The notes under the pieces: generated by a model
Databases searched by the model: none
Told to the model about the DNA's origin: nothing
The model's input: only the letters and a program-made list of their open reading frames with translations
Shown here: one piece after another, positions 8,282 to 17,108 of the stretch
Layout of the letters: every line of letters begins with the position of its first letter
Position numbering within the stretch: position 1 is the first letter of the stretch
Position numbers and translations under genes: made by a program
IMG/VR virus record: IMGVR_UViG_3300031539_000026
Reading direction: 5' to 3' (one strand)
DNA length: 62,273 nucleotides
Source: a virus

Positions 8282-9796
8282 TTACGCCGCTCCCCCTATG
8301 GCAACGCTGTAATCGTAAATAATGTTTGACGCTGCAGCTCCGCCTTCCACACCTGACATTTCGTCGGTCAAACCGAGCGAGTCCGCTATCGTCTTATAAA
8401 TTCCTTTTGAACTGATTCGAGCATCGGTAAGACCGAACGATTCGTTAAATGTTCTCAGCGAATCGATGATTCTTTCTTCTGCATCCGAAATTCCCAACGA
8501 CTCATCAAAGCCCCGAACAATGGTTTTGGTCAAAAGATTTGCATCGGCAATCCCGAGCGTATCGGCGAGAATCTTAATTGCCGCATAATTACGAGCAGCA
8601 GCATCTGTAATCCCCAATGATTCCGCAAGTACCTTACTTTCACCCTTGATTTGCGCATCCGTAATTCCAAGAGACTCGGCCAGCGTTCGCAGTGCATTGC
8701 TGATATGCCCTTCGGCATCTGCAACGCCTAATGATTCGTCGAATCCGCGAACGATTGTCTTTGATATGCTTTTGGCATCGGTGATGCCAACGCCGTCGTC
8801 AAACGTCTTTTCATAATTTTCGCCAGCAGCCACCACCAATTCAAACGCACCAATGTCCCAAGCCGATCCCTGCGGTCGGGCTGTGCCTATAATGTCATCG
8901 TCTTCGGTAAAAAGGTCAGGTGTACCAGCGTCGTATAATTGTGAATCCGCATCGGTAACACTAAAATCACCGCCGGCAGCATCGGTAACTAAAGCAGCCC
9001 AATCATCTGCTGACTGTGTGATTGTTATATTGGTGGCACTGTCCCCTGTGTGGTCATCATCAGAGGCACAATAAGTCATTGCCACCGTTCCGGTGAAATC
9101 ATCGGTACAGTTGAAAACAGCACAGTTAGTAGCCGTGACAGTGCCTGCTGCTTGTAAAATTCCTGAGTAACAGTTATACACTGTGCAGTTATAAATCGAA
9201 ACACTTGAACAATTTGTAAAGTTCATCCCGATATGTTGAGTATCATCACCTGATATGAAACCATAGACGACAGTATTCCATATAGTCACAGTTGCCGTAG
9301 CGTCATTTACGTAAATCCCCGAAACAGTTCCAGTACCTGAACAAACTCCCTTAATTATGAGTTTAGACAATCGGATGTCTGTTGGTGTTCCTACTGCTAC
9401 TACATAAATACCAAAAGAAGTCCAAGACGACGATTCTGTCATCAATATTTGAAGATTATCGTAACGAACATAATCCTCAGAACTTGTTATAGCCGATACT
9501 GAGCCTCCGCCCATAGACAAATGATATTTTGTGGCATCAAAAATACCAGTACTACTTGGAAAGTCTGTTCCTACAATCTGGATATAATTGTTAGCCCCTG
9601 TAGTCCAGCCAATGACAGTTACAGGAGCAGTATCGGGTGTAACACCGGAACTGTCACGACACGCGGCGGTCGCTATCATGTCATCGTTTATCAGATGACC
9701 AGTGGTAGTACCACCAAGAGCGTCCTCCCACGCATCGAGGGATGTGTAGTTTCCACCTCCAGCCGGTTCAATAATTCTGATTACTTCTGTAGCCAC
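8282..9796 (-). CDS. Right-handed beta-helix (pectate-lyase-like) protein with C-terminal LGxTD repeats
   Basis: 504 aa. Repetitive N.[TS]V.NC rungs (FTNCSSVSIYNCTVYNCYSG, TATNCAVFNCTDDF). The C-terminal ~170 aa shares KTIVRGFDESxGVAD and SLGITDA units with the 1537-aa protein. Confidence 0.65.
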   Translation of the reverse strand: MATEVIRIIEPAGGGNYTSLDAWEDALGGTTTGHLINDDMIATAACRDSSGVTPDTAPVTVIGWTTGANNYIQIVGTDFPSSTGIFDATKYHLSMGGGSVSAITSSEDYVRYDNLQILMTESSSWTSFGIYVVAVGTPTDIRLSKLIIKGVCSGTGTVSGIYVNDATATVTIWNTVVYGFISGDDTQHIGMNFTNCSSVSIYNCTVYNCYSGILQAAGTVTATNCAVFNCTDDFTGTVAMTYCASDDDHTGDSATNITITQSADDWAALVTDAAGGDFSVTDADSQLYDAGTPDLFTEDDDIIGTARPQGSAWDIGAFELVVAAGENYEKTFDDGVGITDAKSISKTIVRGFDESLGVADAEGHISNALRTLAESLGITDAQIKGESKVLAESLGITDAAARNYAAIKILADTLGIADANLLTKTIVRGFDESLGISDAEERIIDSLRTFNESFGLTDARISSKGIYKTIADSLGLTDEMSGVEGGAAASNIIYDYSVAIGGAA

Positions 9797-10137
9797 TACT
9801 CAAGCCTTCTATCAATTAGATTATCTTCAGTCTGTTTTTTTGTAACCGTTACCTTTTGTGATATGCCTGTGTAGCCCGGCAAATTTGGCAAGTCAAATCT
9901 GTACAGCGAGCGTATGGATATTGGATTGCCTTCACCATCCACCTCTCCTGTATCAAAGTGCCGCCTGTTGAAAGCAGCGAACTGGTTCTTGTTCACATTA
10001 CTAATCTCAACTATGACATAAGTAGGCAGTCCCTCACTTGAACCCCATGTGCAGGGAACTTCCTTAGCGGAGATTATGTCGCCTGACTTTCTACCACCAG
10101 GCCCGTCTTGTTGTCTTACCAAACATTGAACTGCCAT
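9796..10137 (-). CDS. Hypothetical protein
   Basis: 113-aa ORF overlapping the downstream start by 1 nt. No motif recognised. Confidence 0.45.
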   Translation of the reverse strand: MAVQCLVRQQDGPGGRKSGDIISAKEVPCTWGSSEGLPTYVIVEISNVNKNQFAAFNRRHFDTGEVDGEGNPISIRSLYRFDLPNLPGYTGISQKVTVTKKQTEDNLIDRRLE

Positions 10138-10144
10138 AACCCAC

Positions 10145-10693
10145 CTAATTCAAAACTGATGTTGGTTTAGTAACTGGATAACCTACTTTCTTGGCATATT
10201 GCCAGAATCTCTGTGCCTCTTTAATACGACTCACGGGAAGTGGAGGCGGTGAACCGGGCAGGATGAAATAGGTATCGTCGCTAATAGACAATACTAATAA
10301 GGTCCGACAATCCCACCGACCAAGTTTATCCTCAGTCTCAAGCTCTAAGTAATGAACCCCCTCACCGGATATAGTAAACATGATTTGCCAGTATTGACTC
10401 CATCCGCCTTCCGGGTCTTTGAATCTGCCGAGTTTCTGTACGAGAATTTCAGGTCCGTTAGGATCAACTGCGGTCAGTTCCGTATCCAGTCCTCTACTAT
10501 CGTGATACCGCACTCCATATATTGCAGCTATATTAGGCTCGGCAATCTGCCAGTCCATTATCGGAGACAGACAAAGATTTGGCTCATAAGCAAACGGGAC
10601 ATCGTTTGGCTCTAAGTCTGGCGGCCGTACTACTGACCAAGCCGTCACATTAAGAACGAAAACAAGCAATAATATAGCAATTCTCTTTGCCAT
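10145..10693 (-). CDS. Exported/membrane-anchored hypothetical protein
   Basis: Start taken at M28: MAKRIAILLLVFVLNVTAWSVV is a Sec-type signal or anchor. Confidence 0.5.
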   Translation of the reverse strand: MAKRIAILLLVFVLNVTAWSVVRPPDLEPNDVPFAYEPNLCLSPIMDWQIAEPNIAAIYGVRYHDSRGLDTELTAVDPNGPEILVQKLGRFKDPEGGWSQYWQIMFTISGEGVHYLELETEDKLGRWDCRTLLVLSISDDTYFILPGSPPPLPVSRIKEAQRFWQYAKKVGYPVTKPTSVLN

Positions 10694-10798
10694 GATTACA
10701 CCTTTGAATTTTCGATATTTGTTTATAAGAAAATCTGGCAATCCGCTGAACTTCTGCCGGACGCCAGATCCCAATACTTGTAAACTTCACGGTTTGTC

Positions 10799-11311
10799 TT
10801 AGCCTCTTTCGAGAGTTCCCGTGCTTATCAACTGCCTGACCATGCCGTCTATGAGTGGATACCCCTTGACCTGGTTGTAGCCGCCTGCGTAGGTGACACT
10901 CTTTGAAATAGGCCCGACAGTGACGCTCGTGCTGCTTATAACGCCGGGCTTTATTATATCGGCGAACAGCGTATCACCGCCCACGACACGCAGGGCCAGC
11001 TCGGCAGTGGCATCCTTGAGACGCTGAGGCATTTGATCCGAGTCCCAGTAATAGCCGTCGGCATCAATCGCGTATGCGCGAGGCCAGGCGAGGGCCTGTA
11101 ATTCGTTCGAACGAAACGATTTCCATCGCCCGCCATATCGAACATCGAGATATTGAGTAGCCAGCCGTAATGCCTTTTCCTTGACGGCCTCTGCGGCCGC
11201 AATCCAGGCCGCCGATGCGCTGTGATTTGTGTTGTATGTGTCGGCGTCCGTTACTGACAGATAGCTGTCGGCATCGGCCTTGCCGGTCCCATCTTCTACC
11301 ACAAGAGCCAT
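10799..11311 (-). CDS. Head-tail connector (gp6-like / DnaT-like-domain family)
   Basis: N-terminal ADSYLSVTDADTYN...W...EKALRLATQYLDVRY is the pattern of phage gp6-like adaptor proteins. Located after the capsid module. Confidence 0.7.
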   Translation of the reverse strand: MALVVEDGTGKADADSYLSVTDADTYNTNHSASAAWIAAAEAVKEKALRLATQYLDVRYGGRWKSFRSNELQALAWPRAYAIDADGYYWDSDQMPQRLKDATAELALRVVGGDTLFADIIKPGVISSTSVTVGPISKSVTYAGGYNQVKGYPLIDGMVRQLISTGTLERG

Positions 11312-11317
11312 TGGTGA

Positions 11318-11725
11318 TTACTCCTGTTTTTCTTTGTTCGTTTCGGGATTCTCGTGCTTTTGAATTGCCTCTACGATATCCACCTTCTTTGTTAATTTGG
11401 ATACGTCAATCTTGTTTACTTCGGCGTATTCTTTCAGCTCTGGTATGGTCATACTCTCAATTGCTACGCTGATGGGTTTGGATTCGCCCGGCTCGGGCTC
11501 AGGCTCAGGCTCGGGCTTGGGACCATCCAGATTCGCAGTCCCGGATCTCAAAATATCCATAGCATCGACCGGCCAGAAACGTACCCATTTCTTTTGAGAT
11601 ATGAGCCAAAGACTGACCTTGCCCCTTTCGTCAATAGCTTCGGTAATCGGCCTTGCACTTTTTCTCGCCGCTTCCATTGCCCCATTCTTTTGTGCCAACA
11701 TGACATCGACATTGATATCGACCAT
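11318..11725 (-). CDS. Protein with (PE)n linker and C-terminal Rho-N/SAP-like HeH motif
   Basis: PKPEPEPEPEPGE linker, then TIPELKEYAEVNKIDVSKLTKKVDIVEAIQKHE. Confidence 0.5.
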   Translation of the reverse strand: MVDINVDVMLAQKNGAMEAARKSARPITEAIDERGKVSLWLISQKKWVRFWPVDAMDILRSGTANLDGPKPEPEPEPEPGESKPISVAIESMTIPELKEYAEVNKIDVSKLTKKVDIVEAIQKHENPETNKEKQE

Positions 11726-11747
11726 AACAATTACCCTTTAATAAGAT

Positions 11748-12947
11748 TTAACCTTTACAGATTCGGCCCTGGTAATTGATACCCGTGCCGACATGCGTTC
11801 CGGCAACCACCGTCCAGAGCCTGAGATACTGATATACCGTACCCATAAACTCGTTTCTAAATGGCATACTGATTCTGCCGACAGGCGTGACTACATCTCC
11901 GTTAATGGCTGCTGCCGCCCCAACGGCAACGGCGGCAATATCCGTATATACGCTGGCAAAGGTCGCGGAGTTTGAGCCCTGTAACAGAATATCGTATCGC
12001 TCATCGCCATCGGCACCGGCTCTCACGGCGCCAAGCGTTGTCGCATCAAATACGTTTGTTCCCGCTGCGAATGTTTCGGTAGTTGCTATCGCATCGCTTG
12101 CAACTCCAGGTGTCTTGGCCGTCAATATAGCATCATCTGAGGCAAAGGCGGCAATATCGACTGTCGGGTGCGCCGTCATGTTTGCGGCGTATCCGGTTCC
12201 GGGAACTCCGCCCAGAACAAAGGCTTCTATTATGCTGGCCTGAGTATCGGCGACCAAAGTGCCGACTTCGATATGCCCGTCGATATTATCCAATGCACCG
12301 TTGATATCGAAGTAATACACTTTCGTATCAATTGTCATCGTGTCGCCATCAGCGCCGGCCGCCGTCGTTCCGAGTGTTCCGGCGTTAAAGATATTGGTTA
12401 CTGCCGTGAACGTTTCGGTTGTTGCTATCAAGTCGCCGGCCACGCCTGTGGCTATTGCGGTAACGATAGAATCATCCGCAGCAAACGCCCCCATTCTGAC
12501 CAAAGGATGCGGCGATGTAGAGCCTGCGAAATATTCCGTGCCTTCCGTACCCGTTCCGTTGATTGTGGCCAAAATGTTTAGCTGTGTTGCGGCAGCAGTA
12601 GCGCCAATTAGAATATCTTCCACCTGGATCGGCACGTCTTTGAATCTGTACACAGTTGTGCCGATTGTCATGGTATCATTGTTTGCATCGACGGGATTCA
12701 CGTCAAGCGTAAGCAGGCCCTGCGATGAATTGCCGCCCGTGCAGTTCGTATCGAGAGTCAGCGTGCCCTGTGCCGCCGATCCATCGACGTCAATGCTGGC
12801 AATATCAATAATAAGCTCACAATCAATAACGCCCGCACCGACATCGAGTCTCTTTGCAACACCGCCCACAAGGGCGGCTGCCGATGCAGCAATGGCGCCT
12901 GCATCCTTCAAAATTAAATCCGATTCGTAAGTAAAGTTGTGTCTCAT
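11748..12947 (-). CDS. Capsid decoration-like paralogue carrying a ~258-aa insertion module
   Basis: The N-terminal ~56 aa and C-terminal ~85 aa align with the 144-aa protein at 13036-13470 (GAIAASAA..; ERYDILLQ vs EMYDIIAQ; PFRNEFMGTVYQYLRLWT vs PFDNEFCGTIYPYVRLYT). The middle matches the tail tube insert. Confidence 0.65.
   Translation of the reverse strand: MRHNFTYESDLILKDAGAIAASAAALVGGVAKRLDVGAGVIDCELIIDIASIDVDGSAAQGTLTLDTNCTGGNSSQGLLTLDVNPVDANNDTMTIGTTVYRFKDVPIQVEDILIGATAAATQLNILATINGTGTEGTEYFAGSTSPHPLVRMGAFAADDSIVTAIATGVAGDLIATTETFTAVTNIFNAGTLGTTAAGADGDTMTIDTKVYYFDINGALDNIDGHIEVGTLVADTQASIIEAFVLGGVPGTGYAANMTAHPTVDIAAFASDDAILTAKTPGVASDAIATTETFAAGTNVFDATTLGAVRAGADGDERYDILLQGSNSATFASVYTDIAAVAVGAAAAINGDVVTPVGRISMPFRNEFMGTVYQYLRLWTVVAGTHVGTGINYQGRICKG
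12006..12779 (-). repeat. Shared module copy 1 (two ~105-aa DTMTI...ATTETF repeats), related to 60740-61498
   Basis: The nucleotide and protein similarity to 60740-61498 was read directly, for example atcgaagtaataaac.ttcgtatcaattgtcatcgt.tcgccat. Confidence 0.85.
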
Positions 12948-12979
12948 AATTTTTACCCTTATGCCTGGATATTGAGATT

Positions 12980-13014
12980 AGAAACAAAAGCTTGCCGGCA
13001 ATAAACCGGCAAGC
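12980..13014 (-). terminator. Rho-independent terminator
   Basis: Minus sense: GCTTGCCGG-TTTATTG-CCGGCAAGC followed by TTTTGTTTCT. Confidence 0.65.
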
Positions 13015-13035
13015 CGACCTTGTTTGTTTACGTGA

Positions 13036-13470
13036 TTAGCCCGCTCTTTTTGCCAGCCTTGCGGAGTATGTAATGCTGTTCGTGGCACCGACCGTAACGG
13101 TATAAAGTCGGACATACGGATATATCGTTCCGCAGAATTCGTTATCGAACGGCAGGATATATCGACCGATAGTATCGTCCCTGTTGGAATCCGACCGCTT
13201 TGTCTCCATAGCACCTAAGCTTATGGCACATCTGTCAACAAGGGTTGCGGCGGTGCAGGCGAGGTCCGGCGAAAGCTGAGCAATGATGTCATACATCTCA
13301 TCGTTGCCGACAATATCCATAGCGGTAACGTCGATGATTATATCGCCCTGGACCAGCCCTTCGCCGATCAATGGAATAACTGTAGCGGCAGCAGAAGCGG
13401 CTATTGCCCCCGATGCCTTCAAGGTTAGCGTGGCATCGTCAACTGTGCGGTTTCTTAACATATTAAACAC
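13036..13470 (-). CDS. Capsid decoration-like protein (short paralogue)
   Basis: 144 aa, directly downstream of the major capsid gene. Paralogous to the ends of 11748-12947. Confidence 0.55.
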   Translation of the reverse strand: MFNMLRNRTVDDATLTLKASGAIAASAAATVIPLIGEGLVQGDIIIDVTAMDIVGNDEMYDIIAQLSPDLACTAATLVDRCAISLGAMETKRSDSNRDDTIGRYILPFDNEFCGTIYPYVRLYTVTVGATNSITYSARLAKRAG

Positions 13471-13527
13471 CTTTCAAAAATCTACGTTTTGTGTTAGTTG
13501 AATTTTGTAAAACAAATTCACTGCCGA

Positions 13528-14475
13528 TTACGCAACGGCTACGGCATCGCTTATAGACCAAAGCCTTGCCGCGGCTCTCGGATGCTCGATGCAGATTCCG
13601 TTGTACCATTCGACGCGGGTCAGTTCGGTCACTGTCGCGGCCTGCTCGCCAACCATACGGACGTCAATGTTTCCATTCTGAATGCCCTCAATCATCCCAT
13701 CGCCGACCGATATGCAGTAAATCGAAGTTGCAGTGGCGGCGACTCCAACGTTGTTGGATACTTCAAGGAAGTTCAGAATATCGGCGCCGGTATGATCTCT
13801 GTCTGCGATAATAATCGGAAGCTCGTCGTATAACATGACCGCTTTGCCAAATTCGTCTTTGGTCCAGGTTATATTCCCACCTACCGCTGCTGTGCGGGCC
13901 GCAACGCTAAGACGCCTGCGCATTTTCTTGTTCATAATCAAATGCGTGGGATTATCGACCGAGTCAATCAATGTATCCAGGTTCAACAGCGACAAGGGAT
14001 CGCCGCCGTTTGTAGTGCCGTTGGCAGTCAACTGAGCGCCCGTCAATCTGACCTGCAGCCCGTCAAGACTTGCCGGAGTTGTGACCGAACTGCCTTTGAT
14101 GAAAGCCAGGGTCCATGCGTGGGCAAGCGCCTTGATCTTCATAATCTGGTGACGCTCACGGACTCCTTCGCCGCCGGTCTTGATTATGAACGGATCGATC
14201 GACAAGTCGCCGCCGGCAATTACAAGCGGCTCTACCTGCGGATTGATAATGCCCGTGCTTGCGGTATATCCAGCGTTGATTCCGCGAAATCCGATGCCGG
14301 GCAATGTTTGCTCCTGGTTATACGCATAGGCGTTGCCGGCGATATCCCTGAACGGCAATACCCTCAAGATGTCTGAGGACATGGCATACGTCTCAACAAC
14401 CGCCGAACGCTGCACTTCTCCTCGATTGATCATAAGCTTTGAAGCTTCAATCAGTGTCAAACTCATAACAGTCAC
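13528..14475 (-). CDS. Major capsid protein (HK97 fold family)
   Basis: 315 aa, positioned after the scaffold gene. Characteristic stretches: LPGIGFRGIN, LLNLDTLIDSVDNPTHLIMNKKMRRRL, RVEWYNG...AAARL. Confidence 0.85.
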   Translation of the reverse strand: MTVMSLTLIEASKLMINRGEVQRSAVVETYAMSSDILRVLPFRDIAGNAYAYNQEQTLPGIGFRGINAGYTASTGIINPQVEPLVIAGGDLSIDPFIIKTGGEGVRERHQIMKIKALAHAWTLAFIKGSSVTTPASLDGLQVRLTGAQLTANGTTNGGDPLSLLNLDTLIDSVDNPTHLIMNKKMRRRLSVAARTAAVGGNITWTKDEFGKAVMLYDELPIIIADRDHTGADILNFLEVSNNVGVAATATSIYCISVGDGMIEGIQNGNIDVRMVGEQAATVTELTRVEWYNGICIEHPRAAARLWSISDAVAVA

Positions 14476-14489
14476 CTTTCAAAATTCTT

Positions 14490-15251
14490 TTACTTTGTAA
14501 TTCCCAACTCATGTGCTTTTTTAAGCCTTTCGGCGGGCGGCAGTTTTCCGAGTTCTTCGTTAGTGAACTTACCGGCTTTCGTTGTGCCTGTCGGAACAGC
14601 GCCGCTTCCCGATGCTCCCGTACCTTCAAAAGCCGAAGCGAAATCGTTTTGTGTTTTCATCTCCGCGACCAGCTCGTTTATAGTCATTGGGTGACCATCC
14701 GAGCCCGTCAATCTGGGATTATTGTCAGCTCCAAGCACTTCGACAATGAAGTTGCCGTCAACTTCACGAAGGCGTGTCTGCTGCCGGACATGAGGCATAA
14801 GCAATCGGACCGAACCTTTTTGCTCGGACAATGCCTGCGTCGCCACAGAGACAATCTTTGCCTCTTCGAGAGACTTGGTCATCTTTGACAGCTTTTCCTC
14901 AAGCTTAGCCTTTTCCTTTCCGTGAGCGTCGATTATAGAAGCCTTCACGGCTTCAATCTGCTCTTTGACCTTTTGCTCCGGCGTCCAGTTTGCCATTTCC
15001 TCGACCTTCGTAATCGCCTCACGCGCTTTGGCCGGATCGAGATTTTCAAACGCCTTTAGCTGTTCTGCTGCTTTGCGATTGTTTTCCCGCTCTTTGGAAA
15101 GGGCCGATTGCAGCTTGCTCACTTCCGCCAACTCAAACCCATCCACGGACGTCACGTCCAGGACGAACTTGCCATCGTCTCGCTGCTTATACTCTTTCTT
15201 GATTTCCTCAGAAATCCCATCCAGATTGTCCAAAATTGCTTTAAGTGCCAT
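14490..15251 (-). CDS. Scaffolding protein
   Basis: E/K-rich coiled-coil sequence between the MuF-like and capsid genes. Start at M17 with RBS GAGGAG. Confidence 0.7.
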   Translation of the reverse strand: MALKAILDNLDGISEEIKKEYKQRDDGKFVLDVTSVDGFELAEVSKLQSALSKERENNRKAAEQLKAFENLDPAKAREAITKVEEMANWTPEQKVKEQIEAVKASIIDAHGKEKAKLEEKLSKMTKSLEEAKIVSVATQALSEQKGSVRLLMPHVRQQTRLREVDGNFIVEVLGADNNPRLTGSDGHPMTINELVAEMKTQNDFASAFEGTGASGSGAVPTGTTKAGKFTNEELGKLPPAERLKKAHELGITK

Positions 15252-15368
15252 AACACAAAACTCCTCGGCTTCACGCCTTTTAATGAGCATCACGCTCATC
15301 GGGCATCACGCCCTGGTATTGATTTTTTATGCGGGCTACACACCCGCTTGATTAGCTTCATGCGGGCA

Positions 15369-15407
15369 ATAAAAAAAGGCAGCAAGGTGGTAAGGCACCT
15401 TACTGCC
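15369..15407 (-). terminator. Rho-independent terminator
   Basis: Minus sense: GGCAGTAAGGTG-CCTTAC-CACCTTGCTGCC followed by TTTTTTTAT. Confidence 0.7.
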
Positions 15408-15505
15408 ATATTCTTATTCTTACGTCTCGTTATGATTGGCCGGTCACTTCGAAAGCCCGCACATTTTATTCAATTGTCTAACCTGCTATTACTTGACTAC
15501 CTCGC

Positions 15506-15832
15506 TTACCATATATTACACTTCCGTACCCACGGCTCAATGCCGTTCCTGCACCAAATGTCAAACCAATAACCCATGTAAAAATCATATCCTGACTTAA
15601 AACTATGGATATAATTAGGAATGGTCTTTATCTTTCTGCATTCATTCCGCGGAACTTCAAAGTAATGCTCATCATCGTATTTGATCTTCCAACTTCCGGG
15701 ACAAACGCCATTAATGACAATATATGTCCAGGGCAAATCTTTTATCCACAAAACCTTGTCGCCAAGATTTGTCCTGAACATCCACTTAACGCTTAACCAA
15801 ATTATCTTTAGCTTGTAATATAGTTTTCTCAT
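15506..15832 (-). CDS. Hypothetical protein (AT-rich moron in the head module)
   Basis: 108-aa W/Y/K-rich ORF in a locally AT-rich segment. No motif recognised. Confidence 0.4.
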   Translation of the reverse strand: MRKLYYKLKIIWLSVKWMFRTNLGDKVLWIKDLPWTYIVINGVCPGSWKIKYDDEHYFEVPRNECRKIKTIPNYIHSFKSGYDFYMGYWFDIWCRNGIEPWVRKCNIW

Positions 15833-16032
15833 TATCCGGCTACCTCAAAATTAATGCATCCAAACATGGGACCCATTAACCAGCCCCAGCCTTCGTCAGC
15901 TTCAATTTGCAATCCATCTTCAGCTATATCTTGTCTGCCGTAACCAAAATACGCTTTCGGTTGGTTGCACTTACGCAAGCCGTCTGTGATTGATTCGCCA
16001 GTCAGCCATTTACAATCTTTGCAATTTCCCAT
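15832..16032 (-). CDS. Small Cys-containing hypothetical protein
   Basis: 66-aa ORF with a 1-nt overlap to the next gene. Confidence 0.4.
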   Translation of the reverse strand: MGNCKDCKWLTGESITDGLRKCNQPKAYFGYGRQDIAEDGLQIEADEGWGWLMGPMFGCINFEVAG

Positions 16033-16037
16033 ATTGT

Positions 16038-17108
16038 CTAACCTGCTAACTTTTCAAGTTCCTTTAACGTCAATGGCTTATTCAATCGGTCGATGAACTC
16101 GTTTAGCTTTAATTGGCCGGACCGAAACATTTTAGCCCGACCGATACCCAGGGCATCGTTCTGCACTTCGGTATCCTGTTTTTTCAGCCAGGCCGGATAT
16201 GTTTGCGTTGCCGGTACCTGCCCGTTCATCGAAGCCCTCGTGCCGGGATCGAGTTCCTTAGCGTTAATTCCAAGCTCCTTCCAGGACCGCAAAACCGGGG
16301 CGTCGGAACAGCGGCAGCCAAAATGAGGAATACCTGGTTTTTCGCCAATATCGAATACCTTGCCATCAAGGTTCATACAGGTCATACATGTTCTTGAATC
16401 AAGCGTAGATATCCACTGAATCCCCTTAACAACATCGCCATTGGCGGCATAAACCTCATTCCTTGCCGCGTGCGCCACGTTGCTTACGCTTGTTCTGACA
16501 ATAGAATTAAGATTGTGCCTTGGAGCGTTCAAGATGCCGTCCGTGTATTGAGCGGCCCGCGTCCCCTTGATAACCCGAACAATATCAGCAATGCCCTTGC
16601 CCTCAATCATACCTGATTGTATTGCCCGATTGACATTGAAGGTAGTATCTCTTGCCAACTTATCAAACCATTCTTTCACCAAGGCCCCCTCCATCGGTTG
16701 CTTAGTCACAATGGCCTTTAGAATATTTGAACTTGGTGCTACAAAATCAACAGCTATCGGCGTGATATTTTCAAGAGTTTTTATCAGCCAGGAAGATTCG
16801 ACTTTAGCAAAATCCCTCAACTGCTCGTACAGCTTTGCTTCCATCACCTTGTATTCCTCTTTTACCAGCTCGCCGTTGTACTTAAAAAGTATCTGCATCT
16901 TTTTGGATTTTAACGTTATTCTTTCAAGGCTTTGCTCTATCTTTGCGATAAGCTCCGGCGCCAGCGTCCTGTTGAATTCCGTCAAAATGTCGTTGACCAT
17001 CTGCGTCTTGTAGCGCTCCAGGTACAGAGCGTGACGTATGGCCCGGTCTGCGATTAGCTCGTTGACGGACGTTGGAAGTTCGGGAAGTTTTGGCAGATTC
17101 TTAGCCAT
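16038..17108 (-). CDS. Head morphogenesis protein, Mu gpF / SPP1 gp7 family
   Basis: WISTLDSRTCMTCMNLDGKVFD...PHFGCRCS matches the Phage_Mu_F core. Adjacent to the portal gene. Confidence 0.85.
   Translation of the reverse strand: MAKNLPKLPELPTSVNELIADRAIRHALYLERYKTQMVNDILTEFNRTLAPELIAKIEQSLERITLKSKKMQILFKYNGELVKEEYKVMEAKLYEQLRDFAKVESSWLIKTLENITPIAVDFVAPSSNILKAIVTKQPMEGALVKEWFDKLARDTTFNVNRAIQSGMIEGKGIADIVRVIKGTRAAQYTDGILNAPRHNLNSIVRTSVSNVAHAARNEVYAANGDVVKGIQWISTLDSRTCMTCMNLDGKVFDIGEKPGIPHFGCRCSDAPVLRSWKELGINAKELDPGTRASMNGQVPATQTYPAWLKKQDTEVQNDALGIGRAKMFRSGQLKLNEFIDRLNKPLTLKELEKLAG

Noticed and set aside
11462-11520. The hexanucleotide run (ggctcr)x5 as a phase-variable contingency repeat.
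   Set aside because: The unit length is a multiple of three and encodes an in-frame (PE)n linker. Copy-number change would alter linker length, not switch the gene off. Nothing else marks it as regulatory.
12006-12779. The 12.0-12.8 kb and 60.7-61.5 kb repeat pair as template and variable repeats of a diversity-generating retroelement.
   Set aside because: No reverse transcriptase gene is present. The differences between the copies are spread over all four bases rather than confined to adenines. Each copy is ~770 nt, far longer than typical TR/VR pairs.
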